From positions 352,001 through 416,000 of the forward strand of contig CAXXGJ010000038.1 in assembly GCA_963677895.2 (NCBI GenBank): a DNA stretch of 64,000 nt, read 5' to 3'. This document shows positions 37,463 to 48,212 of the stretch, piece by piece. Positions within the stretch are counted from its first letter, which is position 1, and every line of letters begins with the position of its first letter. This stretch comes from Treponemataceae bacterium. Its GTDB lineage: Bacteria > Spirochaetota > Spirochaetia > Treponematales > Rectinemataceae. The position numbers and the translations under genes were made by a program. Under the pieces are notes generated by a model. The model was not told the origin of the DNA. It saw only the letters and a list, made by a program, of their open reading frames with translations, and searched no databases.

Positions 37463-38851
37463 TTAGTTTCCCTTCCCGCGCTCGGGGAGATACTTGCTTA
37501 TCAGGTTCTCGGGGATCCGCACCAGCTCTTCCCTGGGCAGCAGGGAGAGGATGGACCAGCCGAGGTCGAGGGTTTGCTCTATGCTTCTGTCCTCGAATTC
37601 GCCCTGGGCGAGGTATCTCGTCTCGAAGGCTTCGCCGAATTCCAGATAGACCTTGTCGCGCGCCGACAGTTCCTCCTCGCCGATGATGGCGGCCAGGTCC
37701 CGCACCGAACGCACGTAGGCGTAGGCCGAAAAGAGCTGGGAGGAGAGATCCCGGTGGTCTTCCCTCGTCATGCCCTCGCCGATGCCGTCCTTCATGAGGC
37801 GCGAGAGCGAAGGCAGGCCGGCGATGGGCGGGTAGACGCCGCGCTGGGCGAGGTCCCTCTCCAGGACGATCTGGCCTTCGGTGATGTAGCCGGTGAGGTC
37901 GGGTATGGGGTGGGATATGTCGTCGTTGGGCATCGAGAGGATGGGCAGCTGCGTGATGGAGCCCTCAGAGCCCTCGATGCGGCCCGCCCGCTCGTAGAGC
38001 GAAGCCAGGTCAGAATAGAGGTAGCCTGGATAGCCTTTCCGCGAGGGGACCTCGTTGCGCGCCGCCGAGACTTCGCGAAGCGCCTCGCAGTAATTGGTCA
38101 TGTCCGTCATCACGACGAGGACGTGCATGTTCTTTTCGTAGGCGAGGTACTCGGCGGCGGTCAAGGCGCTGCGGGGCGTAAGGAGCCGCTCGATGGAGGG
38201 GCTGTCCGCCAGGGAGAGGAACATGACGACGCGCGAGAGGACGCCCGACTGCTCGAAGGCGTCGATGAAGTAGCGCGCGACGTCGTATTTGATGCCCATG
38301 CCGGCGAAGACGACGGCGAACTGGGTCTCCCCTCCCCTCACCTTGGCCTGCCTGATGATCTGGGCGGCCAGCCTGTTGTGGGGCAGCCCGTTGCCCGAGA
38401 AAATGGGCAGCTTCTGGCCGCGAATCAGCGTGTTCATCCCGTCGATAGCCGAGATGCCCGTCTGGATGAAGTCCCTGGGGTAGACGCGGGCGCTGGGGTT
38501 GATGGGGAGACCGTTTATGTCGCGGAGATCGGAGGATGGTATTTCCGGGTAGCCGTCCATGGGTTTGCCGAGACCGTTGAAGATGCGTCCCACGATGTCG
38601 GGGCCGACGCGGAACTCGAGGGGCTTTTCCAGGTATTCGACCCATGCCTCGTCGAGCGATATTCCGGAGGTGTCGGAAAAAAGCTGTATGGCCACGGCCT
38701 GCTCCGAGATGTCGACGACGCGGCCTATCCTCAGCTGCCCGTACCTGTCCTTCACCCGCACGAGTTCGGAAAATCCCACGTTCTCCGTCCTCGAGGCGAT
38801 GACGATGGGGCCGTCGGCCTTGGTCAGGCCCCTGTATTCGGTACCTCTCAT
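37463..38851 (-). CDS. V/A-type ATP synthase subunit B
   Basis: [51 protein letters not shown]. Confidence 0.97.
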   Translation of the reverse strand: MRGTEYRGLTKADGPIVIASRTENVGFSELVRVKDRYGQLRIGRVVDISEQAVAIQLFSDTSGISLDEAWVEYLEKPLEFRVGPDIVGRIFNGLGKPMDGYPEIPSSDLRDINGLPINPSARVYPRDFIQTGISAIDGMNTLIRGQKLPIFSGNGLPHNRLAAQIIRQAKVRGGETQFAVVFAGMGIKYDVARYFIDAFEQSGVLSRVVMFLSLADSPSIERLLTPRSALTAAEYLAYEKNMHVLVVMTDMTNYCEALREVSAARNEVPSRKGYPGYLYSDLASLYERAGRIEGSEGSITQLPILSMPNDDISHPIPDLTGYITEGQIVLERDLAQRGVYPPIAGLPSLSRLMKDGIGEGMTREDHRDLSSQLFSAYAYVRSVRDLAAIIGEEELSARDKVYLEFGEAFETRYLAQGEFEDRSIEQTLDLGWSILSLLPREELVRIPENLISKYLPERGKGN

Positions 38852-40674
38852 TCTGTCACCGTCCTGTCTGTCGCGGCGTCAAACCCGGCCGCGGCGCCAA
38901 ACCCAGCTGCCGCGTTGAGGCCCAATCCGGCGCCCAATTCGGCGAAAGCCTGCTGGATTTCCAGAAGGACACCCCGTCCTTCCTCGACGCGCTCGTTGGT
39001 TATGGAGCTTTTCAGCCGCATCAATCTGTTCCGCAGGGGCATGGCGGCTATCTTGGGCAGGGGCGTCCCGCCGTGAATGGCTTTTTCCGCCAATTCATGG
39101 AAGGTGAGAATGCATTCGAGTATCATCGTCTGCCTCGCGGGGACGCAGTACATGTCGACCGCGTCGAAGCTGCTCTGTTGCAGGAATCCGGTCTTCAGGA
39201 GCTCGGCCGTCATGAGTATAAGCCGCTGTTCGTCGGGAAGGGCATCGGGGCCTATGAGGCGCACGATCTCGGCGAGCTTGCGCTCTTTTTTCAGAATATC
39301 CATGGCCTTGGCCCTGAATTTCTTCCAGGAACTGTCGATGCCGTCCCAGAAGGCCATGAGATCGTCGGCGTATTCGGAATAGGAGTCGTTCCAGGAAATA
39401 GCCGGGTAATGGCGGGCGTTCGCGAGATCGCGGTCGAGGGCCCAGAAGCAGCGTATGAAGCGCTTGGTGTGCTGGGTCACCGGTTCCGAGAAGTCTCCGC
39501 CGGGAGGCGAAACGGCCCCGATGATGGTGACGGAGCCTTTCTTTCCTTCCAGCGTCGTGACCATGCCTCCGCGCTCGTAGAATTCGGCGAGCCGCGTGGG
39601 AAGGTAGGCGGGGAATCCCTCCTCCGCGGGCATCTCCTCGAGGCGCCCGGAGAGTTCCCTCAGGGCTTCCGCCCAGCGGGAGGTTGAATCGGCCATGACG
39701 GCCACCTGGTAGCCCATGTCGCGGTAGTACTCGGCGATAGTGATACCCGTGTAGATCGAGACTTCGCGGGCGGCGACGGGCATGTTCGAGGTGTTGGCGA
39801 TGAGGATGGTCCGCTCCATGAGGGACCGTCCCGTCCTCGGGTCGATGAGCCGCGGGAACTCGGTGAGGACATCGGTCATCTCGTTGCCGCGCTCGCCGCA
39901 GCCGATGTAGACGATGATGTCGGCGTCGCACCATTTGGCGATCGCGTGCTGCGTCATCGTCTTGCCGGTGCCGAATCCGCCGGGCACGGCCGCGCATCCG
40001 CCCTTGGCCACGGGAAAGAGCACGTCGATGACGCGCAGGCCTGTGACGAGAGGCTCGTTGGGCACGAGTTTCTGCGCGAACCCGCGGGCCTTCCGGACCG
40101 GCCAGCGCGACGAGGCCGAGTATTCGTTCCCGGCGCCGGACTTCACGAGGGGCTGTGAAATGTCATAGTCGCCTTCGGCGGCCACCCAGGCGGCAGTCCC
40201 TGAAGGCGTCGTCCCGTCGAACACGAGCTTATGGAGAACGGAGGGCGTCTCCTGTATCGTTCCGAAGACGATGCCGGGACCGATGGGCTCGCCGACGGCC
40301 AGCGTCGGATGGAAACGCCACTTTCTTTTCGCGTCGAGGGCGTCGCCCGCGACGCCGGGCAGGAGCATGGGGCCTGAAAGAGCCTTCAGCACGGGCAGAG
40401 GCCGCTGTATGCCGTCGTAGATCGACCCGATGAGTCCGGGGCCGAGGAGGACGGAGAGGGGCTTGCCCTGGCATTCCACGGGCTCCCCCACCCTCATCAT
40501 CGTGTTGTCCTCGTAGATCTGGATGGTGGCGATCTGGCCTTCGAGCCTGATGATCTCGCCTATCAGGCCGGCCGCGCCGACCTTCACCACATCGTAGAGC
40601 CCGGCCGACGCCATGCCCCTGGCCTTGACGATCGGTCCGGAAATTTTCGCTATTGTCCCTGCTCTCATCGCCAT
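38848..40674 (-). CDS. V/A-type ATP synthase subunit A
   Basis: Walker [41 protein letters not shown]. Confidence 0.97.
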   Translation of the reverse strand: MAMRAGTIAKISGPIVKARGMASAGLYDVVKVGAAGLIGEIIRLEGQIATIQIYEDNTMMRVGEPVECQGKPLSVLLGPGLIGSIYDGIQRPLPVLKALSGPMLLPGVAGDALDAKRKWRFHPTLAVGEPIGPGIVFGTIQETPSVLHKLVFDGTTPSGTAAWVAAEGDYDISQPLVKSGAGNEYSASSRWPVRKARGFAQKLVPNEPLVTGLRVIDVLFPVAKGGCAAVPGGFGTGKTMTQHAIAKWCDADIIVYIGCGERGNEMTDVLTEFPRLIDPRTGRSLMERTILIANTSNMPVAAREVSIYTGITIAEYYRDMGYQVAVMADSTSRWAEALRELSGRLEEMPAEEGFPAYLPTRLAEFYERGGMVTTLEGKKGSVTIIGAVSPPGGDFSEPVTQHTKRFIRCFWALDRDLANARHYPAISWNDSYSEYADDLMAFWDGIDSSWKKFRAKAMDILKKERKLAEIVRLIGPDALPDEQRLILMTAELLKTGFLQQSSFDAVDMYCVPARQTMILECILTFHELAEKAIHGGTPLPKIAAMPLRNRLMRLKSSITNERVEEGRGVLLEIQQAFAELGAGLGLNAAAGFGAAAGFDAATDRTVTE

Positions 40675-41289
40675 TTATCCTCTTTCGGCCGTCGCGGGGA
40701 ACAATGCAGAAGCCAGTTCTCCCCTGTACTCGTCCAGAAGCCTTTCTTCAAGCTGCTTCTCGCCGAGCGTCATGACCATCGTCCCGTCCAGGCTCTCGAT
40801 CACGATGCCGCGCTGGAGCGCGTCGACATCAGCCGCGGCTGATGCCGAGACCTCCACGTCGGATCCAAGAAGCTCCCCCATCTCCCGCAGCGAAGAGGCG
40901 TCGATGCCTCGGTGACTCATGCGCAGCTTCCGTCCCGCGAGGAGGGAGGAACGCTTCCTGAGTCCGGAAAGACACCAGGCGCCCAGATTCGCGTCGTCGA
41001 GGGCATCCAAGAATTTCGCGACCGAGGCCCTCATCGCGCCGTCGATGAAGCGCGCCCTGAGCCGCGTCTTTTCGAGGGGCATTTTCGAAAAGGTCTCCCG
41101 CTTCATCTGGGCTATCTTCTCGAGCTTGCGCGCCTCGAGCTCCGCGACCATTCCATCCAGCGTCTCGGCCGAATTCGCCTTCAGCCTTTCGGCCTCTTCC
41201 TTGGCCTTCTGGACAATCCTCTGGGCCTTCCTGGCAGCGTCGTCGAGGATTTCGCGTTCGAGCGCTTCGGTGCCTTTTATCTCTTCCAT
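40675..41289 (-). CDS. V/A-type ATP synthase subunit E
   Basis: N-terminal coiled coil (LEREILDDA...A..I...A), GIVIES; operon position. Confidence 0.85.
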   Translation of the reverse strand: MEEIKGTEALEREILDDAARKAQRIVQKAKEEAERLKANSAETLDGMVAELEARKLEKIAQMKRETFSKMPLEKTRLRARFIDGAMRASVAKFLDALDDANLGAWCLSGLRKRSSLLAGRKLRMSHRGIDASSLREMGELLGSDVEVSASAAADVDALQRGIVIESLDGTMVMTLGEKQLEERLLDEYRGELASALFPATAERG

Positions 41290-41299
41290 AGGTCTTCCC

Positions 41300-41614
41300 T
41301 CATTGGATCTTGATGCCTATCGCCTGCCGGACGGCATCGACGAGCTGGACATGATCGGGCAAGGAGCCCGACAGGGGCGGTATTTCCACGACGAGAGGAT
41401 AGCGCCCCGACAATTGCCAGTCGATGAGTTCCGTCCCAAGCATGTCGGCGATATCCTCGGAGAGGATGAGCATCCTGCATTCCCCCGAAGCGCCGGTCAC
41501 GCGGCGGAAGGTAGAGAGGGCGTCATCGGCGCCCGCCACCGCCGCCCCATCCACGCCGATCATCCTGAAAGCGATGACGAGTTCTTCTTCGGCGAGGACG
41601 AATATTTCCTTCAC
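41300..41614 (-). CDS. V/A-type ATP synthase subunit F
   Basis: AFRMIGVDG, P.VVEIP, VRQAIGIKI. Confidence 0.92.
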   Translation of the reverse strand: MKEIFVLAEEELVIAFRMIGVDGAAVAGADDALSTFRRVTGASGECRMLILSEDIADMLGTELIDWQLSGRYPLVVEIPPLSGSLPDHVQLVDAVRQAIGIKIQ

Positions 41615-41626
41615 GGATTCCCGTCC

Positions 41627-41932
41627 CTAGAGGAGGAGGATAAGCAAGGCCACGAGGAAACCCCAGAGGCAGATGCCTTCCGCGAGCCCAACGTAGGGAA
41701 GCGCCTTGCCGGAGAGTTCGGGCTTTTCCGCCATGGCTCCCATCGCCGCCGATCCGATCTTGGCCACGGCCATGCCGCCGGCCACGGCCGCCACGCTCAC
41801 GGCGAGGGCGGCGGCGAGATACTTGATGCCGCCGGTCCAGGCCGATACGGGGGCGGTCGCCCCTTGAGTCTGGGCGAAAGCGGAGGCGCTGCCCGCCGCG
41901 GCCAGAAGTGCCGTCGTGATTTTCTTCTTCAT
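41627..41932 (-). CDS. V/A-type ATP synthase proteolipid subunit K/c (single hairpin)
   Basis: AAMGAMAEKPE loop and GLAEG with the essential Glu; SD AAGGAG upstream. Confidence 0.93.
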   Translation of the reverse strand: MKKKITTALLAAAGSASAFAQTQGATAPVSAWTGGIKYLAAALAVSVAAVAGGMAVAKIGSAAMGAMAEKPELSGKALPYVGLAEGICLWGFLVALLILLL

Positions 41933-41945
41933 GAACAACTCCTTT

Positions 41946-44006
41946 TCAATTCTCGAAGCGTATGGGATCGAAGCTTTTGCCCGTCCGCGTGAAAAACTTG
42001 GAGAAAAATTCGTAGTACTGGAGCCTGATCACCTGTATGGTGACGATGAGGCCTTCGAGCCCTATGATGACCGCGTTGCCGACTATGAACACGACAAGCT
42101 GGAACACGATGCCTCCGGGTGCGCGGTTCCTGACGAGCTCGGCCATCGTGAAGACGACAAAGGAGAGCACGGCGTGGGCAAGCGCGAAGGCCGCCACGCG
42201 TAGGAAACTCATGGTGTTGGAGGCGTAGTAGGAGAAGGTCTCGATGATCTCCACGAGGCCGCCCACGAGGACATCGACGACGGAGAGTTTATCCCCGCCC
42301 GCTTTTGTCACGGCCCGCTTGAGCGGCTCGGTGAAGAGCAGCGCCGCGAGGGGAATCCCCAGACCGAGTATGTCGATCCATCCCAGTTTTCCGCCGAAAA
42401 TGATGCGCAGGCCCATGCCGGCGGCCCACCAGAACAGTAGGGAGCCGGAAAGCCCCGTCTTCGCGAACAGCGCCTCGCCCCATTCTCCCCTGCGCGCGAG
42501 GTTAATCATGTTGATGACGAGACCGGTCGAATTGATGAGGAATCCGATGCCGACCGTGAAGCCGAAAAAGCTGAACATCGCGCTTATATTGTCGCTCGGC
42601 ATGATGTCGAGGAAACGGTCGCGGGGACTGCCCAGAATCAAGGTTGTGAGGAAACGTTCCACGGGAACGAGCAGCGCCTCATCGGAAAAAACCGAACCGA
42701 CGAGAAGTCCCATGAACATGGAACCTGCCCCCGCCGCGACGAAGGCCAGCCAGAATTTCTGGTAAGCTGCGAAAAACCCCTTCTTCGCCCTCCTGATCAG
42801 GAGCCCGACGCAGATGATGACGGCGCCCTGGCCCATGTCGCCGAACATGATCGCGAAGAGAAGGGTGAAAAAGAAAGCCACGAAGGGCGTGGGATCGATG
42901 TCGCCGTACACCGGCGTGCCGTAGGAGAGGACGATGCCCTGAAAAGCCGACACCAAGCCGTTGTGCTTCAGGAGGACGGGCACTTCCTGACTATCTTCCG
43001 GAAGCTTCCCCTCCTCGTCCTCGGGATTGTAGACGCGTATGGCCATCCGGTCGCCGAACAGCCTCTCTAGATCGTCGCTCAAGGGTTTGACGTTCTCTGC
43101 GGGGACCCAGCCCGAAAGCCTGTAGACCCACTCGGTGCCTTCCAGCCTGCTCTCCACCTTCTTGAGCGCCCTGCCCAGCTTCACCGAAGAGAGCATCTCT
43201 GCCCAGGAGGCGGCGAATCGGCGGGCTTCCTCCTCCTTCATCTCGGCGAGCGCCGCGAGGCGTTTTTTCGCCCCCTCGTAGGAGGCTTCGATGGCGGCCA
43301 AGGCATTGGCCGGAACGCCCTTGAAATCGGGAGGCAGGTCCGCCTTGACGAATCCCGCCTTGGCAAGCTCGGTCTCGAGGGTGAAACGGCCCCGCCGCGA
43401 GGCGACGGCTATGATCGACCCCTCGTCGTCGAGCGGAATTATCGCTGCCCTCGCGTCGAGAGCGCCCGCGAGCAGGGGAATCCTGTCAGGGTCCACCTTG
43501 CCGATACGCAGGGCCACGAAAGCGAGCTTGTTGATATCCTCGAAAGGCAGCGAAAGCCCCGCGAAAGCCTTCACCTCGCGCAGCGACTCCTCAAGCTCTC
43601 CGAGCTTCAGCTTCTGGGCGAGGACCGCTTCCTCGTTTTCCCCGCAGAACGAAGCGAGCCTGTCCACCTCCGCAAGGAGGGCATCGTCGGGAAGCTTGGC
43701 CTTTCCCAGGTCCAGGCTCGCTTCCTGGTAGTCCAGGCAGGCGCCTATCTTGCCGAGCTTCGCGCTTGCGGCGTCCAGCCTGGCGAGGAAGGCTTCCTCG
43801 CCGGCGTCGGATCCTGAAACCCTGGAGCGCCGGCCGGCACCCGAGGAGTCCCCCCTCGCCTGCGAGTCCGACCTCGCCCGGGAAGAACCATCCTCGTCCG
43901 GGTAGATGATCTGGAAAGAATGCCCCGAGGAAAGATACCTGAGCGTGCCGTCAATATCGGATTTGAGGAGGAGCAGTTCCATCTTCCTCATCGTCGTCGA
44001 ACTCAT
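41946..44006 (-). CDS. V/A-type ATP synthase subunit I
   Basis: YGTP.Y..IDPTP, MFGD.GQG, SNT.SFLR, AH, IRLQYYEFFSKF; start reassigned to 44006. Confidence 0.95.
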   Translation of the reverse strand: MSSTTMRKMELLLLKSDIDGTLRYLSSGHSFQIIYPDEDGSSRARSDSQARGDSSGAGRRSRVSGSDAGEEAFLARLDAASAKLGKIGACLDYQEASLDLGKAKLPDDALLAEVDRLASFCGENEEAVLAQKLKLGELEESLREVKAFAGLSLPFEDINKLAFVALRIGKVDPDRIPLLAGALDARAAIIPLDDEGSIIAVASRRGRFTLETELAKAGFVKADLPPDFKGVPANALAAIEASYEGAKKRLAALAEMKEEEARRFAASWAEMLSSVKLGRALKKVESRLEGTEWVYRLSGWVPAENVKPLSDDLERLFGDRMAIRVYNPEDEEGKLPEDSQEVPVLLKHNGLVSAFQGIVLSYGTPVYGDIDPTPFVAFFFTLLFAIMFGDMGQGAVIICVGLLIRRAKKGFFAAYQKFWLAFVAAGAGSMFMGLLVGSVFSDEALLVPVERFLTTLILGSPRDRFLDIMPSDNISAMFSFFGFTVGIGFLINSTGLVINMINLARRGEWGEALFAKTGLSGSLLFWWAAGMGLRIIFGGKLGWIDILGLGIPLAALLFTEPLKRAVTKAGGDKLSVVDVLVGGLVEIIETFSYYASNTMSFLRVAAFALAHAVLSFVVFTMAELVRNRAPGGIVFQLVVFIVGNAVIIGLEGLIVTIQVIRLQYYEFFSKFFTRTGKSFDPIRFEN

Positions 44007-45007
44007 ATTTCGTCTCCCGCGAGAGCCCAGGCCAGGCCAATTTTCTCTTCGGCCGGCGCTTTCAGCCTTATCCCTTCGAGTATGCCCAGGACAAAGGAAG
44101 ACTCCGCCTCGAGCATCTTGAAATAACAATAGAGCGGCGTATAGCCGAACGGATACATATGCATGGAACGCCTCGCAAAGGCGAAGAGATCCCTCTGCAT
44201 CCTATTCTCGAGCAGGGGAAGATCGAGACGCGACGATGTCTGTCCCTCCAAAAGCTTTCTGGCCGGCCATGAGTCGAAGCTACCCAGGCTGTCGATATCC
44301 AGATCGAAACTGTCGAGAGCGAGGGAAACCACGTCTTCGCCCTCGATTTCCACGAGAAGCGGCGCGGCCCTTTCCCGGCCGTAGCCGTAATACTTGCGGA
44401 CCCGCAAAGCCCAGGCGAGATTCTGGTATTGTATGTCCCTCAGCACGAGGGCGGGAATATTGCCCTTCCGGTTCCTTGGAAGCGCCGAAACCGCGGCCCA
44501 CAGCTGCCGGTAATATTGCCTGTCCAAGCGGTTCTCGGCGGCTCCGATATCGCTGAGACCGGCCGCTTCTATCCATGCGTAGGGGGTGTCAGCGAACATT
44601 TCTTCCAGCCGAGGCCAGGCTGATAGCGCCTTTTCTATCGTCGGGCTGGAAAAAAACTGCGATTCCGGCCTTGGCTCCGACGCGGCGAGCTTGTAGAGAA
44701 GATTCTTGATGACGGAAATCTCATATTTGGCGACGATCGCGGCGATGAATGCATCCGACTCCATGGCCGAACCGGCGAGGGTCATGAAACGCTCCATCGA
44801 ATGTCCGATCACCTTGCGTTCCAGCGTCGCGAGCAGCCAAGCCTCGGGCCGGTTGGGAATGTCTTCCTCGAAATACAGTTTCCAGATCGAGGAGAGCGAG
44901 GATTCGGCGGCGAGGGCGGCGCCTTTCGCGCCCAGATACATGGAGGAAAAAGCGCCACAGACCCTGGCGTACAGATAGGCTATTTCAAACGAGTCGGCCA
45001 TGCTCAA
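44003..45007 (-). CDS. V/A-type ATP synthase subunit C/d
   Basis: YLYARV, LDRQYY..LW, NL.W..R...YY; operon position. Confidence 0.8.
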   Translation of the reverse strand: MSMADSFEIAYLYARVCGAFSSMYLGAKGAALAAESSLSSIWKLYFEEDIPNRPEAWLLATLERKVIGHSMERFMTLAGSAMESDAFIAAIVAKYEISVIKNLLYKLAASEPRPESQFFSSPTIEKALSAWPRLEEMFADTPYAWIEAAGLSDIGAAENRLDRQYYRQLWAAVSALPRNRKGNIPALVLRDIQYQNLAWALRVRKYYGYGRERAAPLLVEIEGEDVVSLALDSFDLDIDSLGSFDSWPARKLLEGQTSSRLDLPLLENRMQRDLFAFARRSMHMYPFGYTPLYCYFKMLEAESSFVLGILEGIRLKAPAEEKIGLAWALAGDEI

Positions 45008-45312
45008 GCCTCGGAGGACATGAACCTTCCGCAGGTCGTGGCGAATAACCGCTCGTCCGGATGAGCGGCGACGAGACTTTTTTCGTATTCATCGAGCTCG
45101 TTCTTGAGTTTTTCCGAGATTTCGGACTTAAAGGAGGCCAGTTCGGACTCCTGCTCGGCATGGAGCTTCGTGAGCCTTTCTTTTTCCCGGGAGTGAGCCT
45201 CGTCGCGAGCCTGACCGACGATGACTCCAGCCTCCGTTTCAGCTTCCCGGATCAGCGCCGCGGCCTTTGTTTCGGCCTCCAGCAATCTGTCCAGACCGTT
45301 CAGAGAATCCAT
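45004..45312 (-). CDS. V/A-type ATP synthase peripheral stalk subunit G/H-like
   Basis: LLEAE..A..LI.EA...A coiled coil; first gene of the operon. Confidence 0.7.
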   Translation of the reverse strand: MDSLNGLDRLLEAETKAAALIREAETEAGVIVGQARDEAHSREKERLTKLHAEQESELASFKSEISEKLKNELDEYEKSLVAAHPDERLFATTCGRFMSSEA

Positions 45313-45418
45313 GGTGCACCTCTCTTACTATACAAAATCTGTATAGACAGGTGCGGTCCCATCTGTCCTGTTCCAGAACAAGCCGGGTGGAATCACACAA
45401 ACAAACTACGTATTACGT

Positions 45419-45895
45419 TCAGCTCAGGTCGCTGCTGTCGAATTCCTTTATAAGGGCGAAGGCTTCCGCGGGTGACGTGGAAGCCGCCAATCGTGTGGCC
45501 ATGCCGGTATCGTCAATCAGGGAAGCCATTCTCTGAAGCGCGTGCAGGTGCGATTCCGTGTCGTCGGGGGGAGTCAGGAGCATGAATACGAGGAACACGG
45601 GATGGCCGTCCAGCGAATCGTAGTCTATGCCTTTGGAGGAAATACCCAGGACGCCCCTCAGGCTGTCGAGACCCTCGACCGTCGCGTGAGGAAGCGCTAC
45701 GCCCTTGGCGATGCCCGTGGACATCTTGGCCTCGCGGCGGATCAAGGCGTCGAGAATTTTCTGGCGCGGGAATGGAGGCTTGGCCTGATAGCTTCTGGCC
45801 AGCACATCGACAAGTTCCTCGAAGAGCTCTTCTTTGCTCTCGCTTTCCAAACCTGTCTTGATCGTAGAAGGCTGAAATACCTTTTGAAGTATCAT
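45419..45895 (-). CDS. PTS IIA domain protein (Ntr/Fru type)
   Basis: RE...STGI..GVALPHA with the phospho-His; DYDSLDG.PV. Confidence 0.92.
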   Translation of the reverse strand: MILQKVFQPSTIKTGLESESKEELFEELVDVLARSYQAKPPFPRQKILDALIRREAKMSTGIAKGVALPHATVEGLDSLRGVLGISSKGIDYDSLDGHPVFLVFMLLTPPDDTESHLHALQRMASLIDDTGMATRLAASTSPAEAFALIKEFDSSDLS

Positions 45896-45964
45896 ATGTC
45901 CGCTCCATCCTCTAATGACAAAGCAAGGGAGGAGTCTTCGCTTCTCTGGCGCCCGATCGGCGCT

Positions 45965-46384
45965 TTATTTCGTCGTTGTCTGCGTCGTCGATTCGACCGG
46001 TGCCGTGGCGGGCGCTTCGGCAGGCGTCGCAGCCGCGGCAGGCGCGGTCGCTCCGGGAGCCAGAGTGGTGGCGGTCGTATCGCCCTTCCACCATTCGGTA
46101 TTGGTCGTCTGCTGAGCCTGCTCCGTAACCAACGCTTCGACATTGCCGGTGGAGGACTTGTTGATGACAGCCAGCGAGAAGGCGGTTACGAAGAAAAGTG
46201 CTCCAAGCACATAGGTTATCTTGATGACGACATTCGAGGATCTCGACCCGAAGGCGCTCGCCGATCCGCCGGCGAAAATGCCGCCGAGAGAGTCGGAATC
46301 TTCATCCTGGATGATGACGAGGAAAATGAGCAGAGCGCAGACGAGAACGAAGAGAATGAGGAGCAGCACAGCAAAAAAACCCAT
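45965..46384 (-). CDS. secG: Preprotein translocase subunit SecG
   Basis: Two TM helices around IQ...LGGIFAGG..AFG; downstream of tpiA. Confidence 0.9.
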   Translation of the reverse strand: MGFFAVLLLILFVLVCALLIFLVIIQDEDSDSLGGIFAGGSASAFGSRSSNVVIKITYVLGALFFVTAFSLAVINKSSTGNVEALVTEQAQQTTNTEWWKGDTTATTLAPGATAPAAAATPAEAPATAPVESTTQTTTK

Positions 46385-46489
46385 GGTAACGACTCCCGGA
46401 ATGCAAAATTGACAACCTGTGCCCGCGTTGCGCGCACAGGTGTTCATGGTATACGAGAACGAGGCCTCGAATCAAGGCCTCACCATAAT

Positions 46490-47243
46490 TTACCTAAAAC
46501 AAGCGATCGGGGCAAAACTCTCGACCTTGAGGCTCGCGCCGCCGACGAGGGCGCCGTCGATGTTGGGCTTGGCCATGAGGGAGGCGGCGTTGTCCGCCTT
46601 CACCGAGCCGCCGTACTGGATGATCATCGTCTTCGCTTTCGCTTCGCCGTACAGGGAAGCGAGGACCTTCCTGCAGTAAGCGTGGACCGAGTCGGCATCC
46701 TCGGGCGTGGCGGTCTTGCCCGTGCCGATAGCCCAGACGGGTTCGTAGGCGATGGTCACCTTGTCGAGGCTCCCTACGGAAGCGACGCCCTTGAGCCCTT
46801 CGCGCAGCTGGGTGGAGAGGACGGTCTCCAGTTTTCCGGATTCGCGTTCCTCCAGGGTCTCTCCCACGCAGAGGATGACTTCGAGCCCATGCGCGAGCGC
46901 CAGATTGACCTTTTTATTGATGAGGGCGTCGGACTCGAGATAGCTGTGCCTGCGCTCCGAATGGCCCAGGATCACGACTTGGACGCCTATATCCTTGAGC
47001 ATGAGCACCGATACTTCGCCCGTATGGGCTCCCTGTTCTTCCGGCCCCATGTTCTGCGCGCCGAGCAAGGATGTTGGACCCCGCGAGCACCTTCGCGACC
47101 TCGGAAAGGGCGGTGAAAGCGGGCGCGATCATCACTTTTTCCTTGCAGCCCGCGAGTTTGGCCTTGAGATCGGCGGCCAGGGCGACGGATTCCGCGACGG
47201 TCTTGTGCATTTTCCAGTTACCGGCGATAAAATATGAACGCAT
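46490..47243 (-). CDS. tpiA: Triosephosphate isomerase, split by a +1 frameshift near 47067 (probably an assembly error)
   Basis: AGNWKM is in one frame; GAQN, GHSERR, AYEPVWAIGTG and YGGSV are in the next; one extra base in AAC ATC CTTG CTC GGC. Confidence 0.93.
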
Positions 47244-47383
47244 GGATAGTACCTCGTATTAAAGAAGCTTTCGGAACCGAGCAGGGTTCCGGCCACGCCG
47301 ACGATAGTAGCTGAAATCCAAGCGTTTAGTAAAGGCATTTTCGGCATCCAAACCGGCGAAACCGTCATAAAAAATTGCATGCT

Positions 47384-48070
47384 TCAAATTATGAAATCCT
47401 CGCCGCCCCAACAGCGATCGCTGTCGCCGCAGCCGCGGCCGGGGAAACCCACGATGACGGAGTTCTCGGGCACCGACCTTATGGCGACGGCGTTGGCCCC
47501 TACCCTCGAGTCGGCGCCGATGCTGATGTTGCCGAGGATTTTCGCCCCGGCGCCTACGGTCACCCTGTCGCCCAGCGTCGGATGGCGCTTGCCCCTGCTC
47601 AGGGTTGTTCCCCCCAGGGTCACGCCGTGGTAGATGGTCACATCGTCGCCGATTTCCGCCGTCTCCCCGATGACGACGCCCATTCCGTGGTCGATGAAGA
47701 ATCGCCGGCCGACGCGCGCGCCCGGGTGAATCTCCACGCCGGTGAAGAAGCGGGCGAGCTGGGACAGGACCCGGGCCGAGACCCTGCCGCCGCGGCGCCA
47801 CAGAAAATGGGCCAGCCTGTGCGCCCAGATCGCGTGCAGCCCCGCGTAGGCCAGGACGATTTCCGCCGATGAGCGCGCCGCGGGATCGCGTTTCCTTACG
47901 GTCTCGATATCTTCCCTCATCCTCGCGAACAGTCCAGGGTGAGTCGATTGTCCGTCCTCCGGTTTCGCGCCGGCTTTACCGGCCGCCGCGGCCGTCGCCG
48001 CTTTCGCTGTCGGCGCTACCCTCGCCGTCGTCATCGCCGCTTCCGTTCCAGTTTTTACCGCGGTCTTCAA
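47384..48070 (-). CDS. cysE: Serine O-acetyltransferase (short CysE/EpsC type)
   Basis: [37 protein letters not shown]; Ala/Thr-rich N-terminal extension. Confidence 0.9.
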   Translation of the reverse strand: MKTAVKTGTEAAMTTARVAPTAKAATAAAAGKAGAKPEDGQSTHPGLFARMREDIETVRKRDPAARSSAEIVLAYAGLHAIWAHRLAHFLWRRGGRVSARVLSQLARFFTGVEIHPGARVGRRFFIDHGMGVVIGETAEIGDDVTIYHGVTLGGTTLSRGKRHPTLGDRVTVGAGAKILGNISIGADSRVGANAVAIRSVPENSVIVGFPGRGCGDSDRCWGGEDFII

Positions 48071-48152
48071 TCTTGACTCCTTTAGTCACAATATAGAGAC
48101 AACCCACCGAAGAGGAAAGAAAATCACCCTCCCCTCGAATCGCCTCGGGGAT

Positions 48153-48178
48153 AAAAAAAAGCCACCCTTTCGGGTGGC
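48153..48178 (-). terminator. Intrinsic terminator after pgk
   Basis: Minus strand GCCACCC-GAAA-GGGTGGC-T8. Confidence 0.88.
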
Positions 48179-48212
48179 CTTCAATCGCTGCAAGGTCTGC
48201 CGGAAAGGGAGG

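Noticed and set aside
48071..48180. T-box or riboswitch upstream of cysE
   Set aside because: The leader is too short and lacks the T-box consensus; the hairpin fits a pgk terminator.
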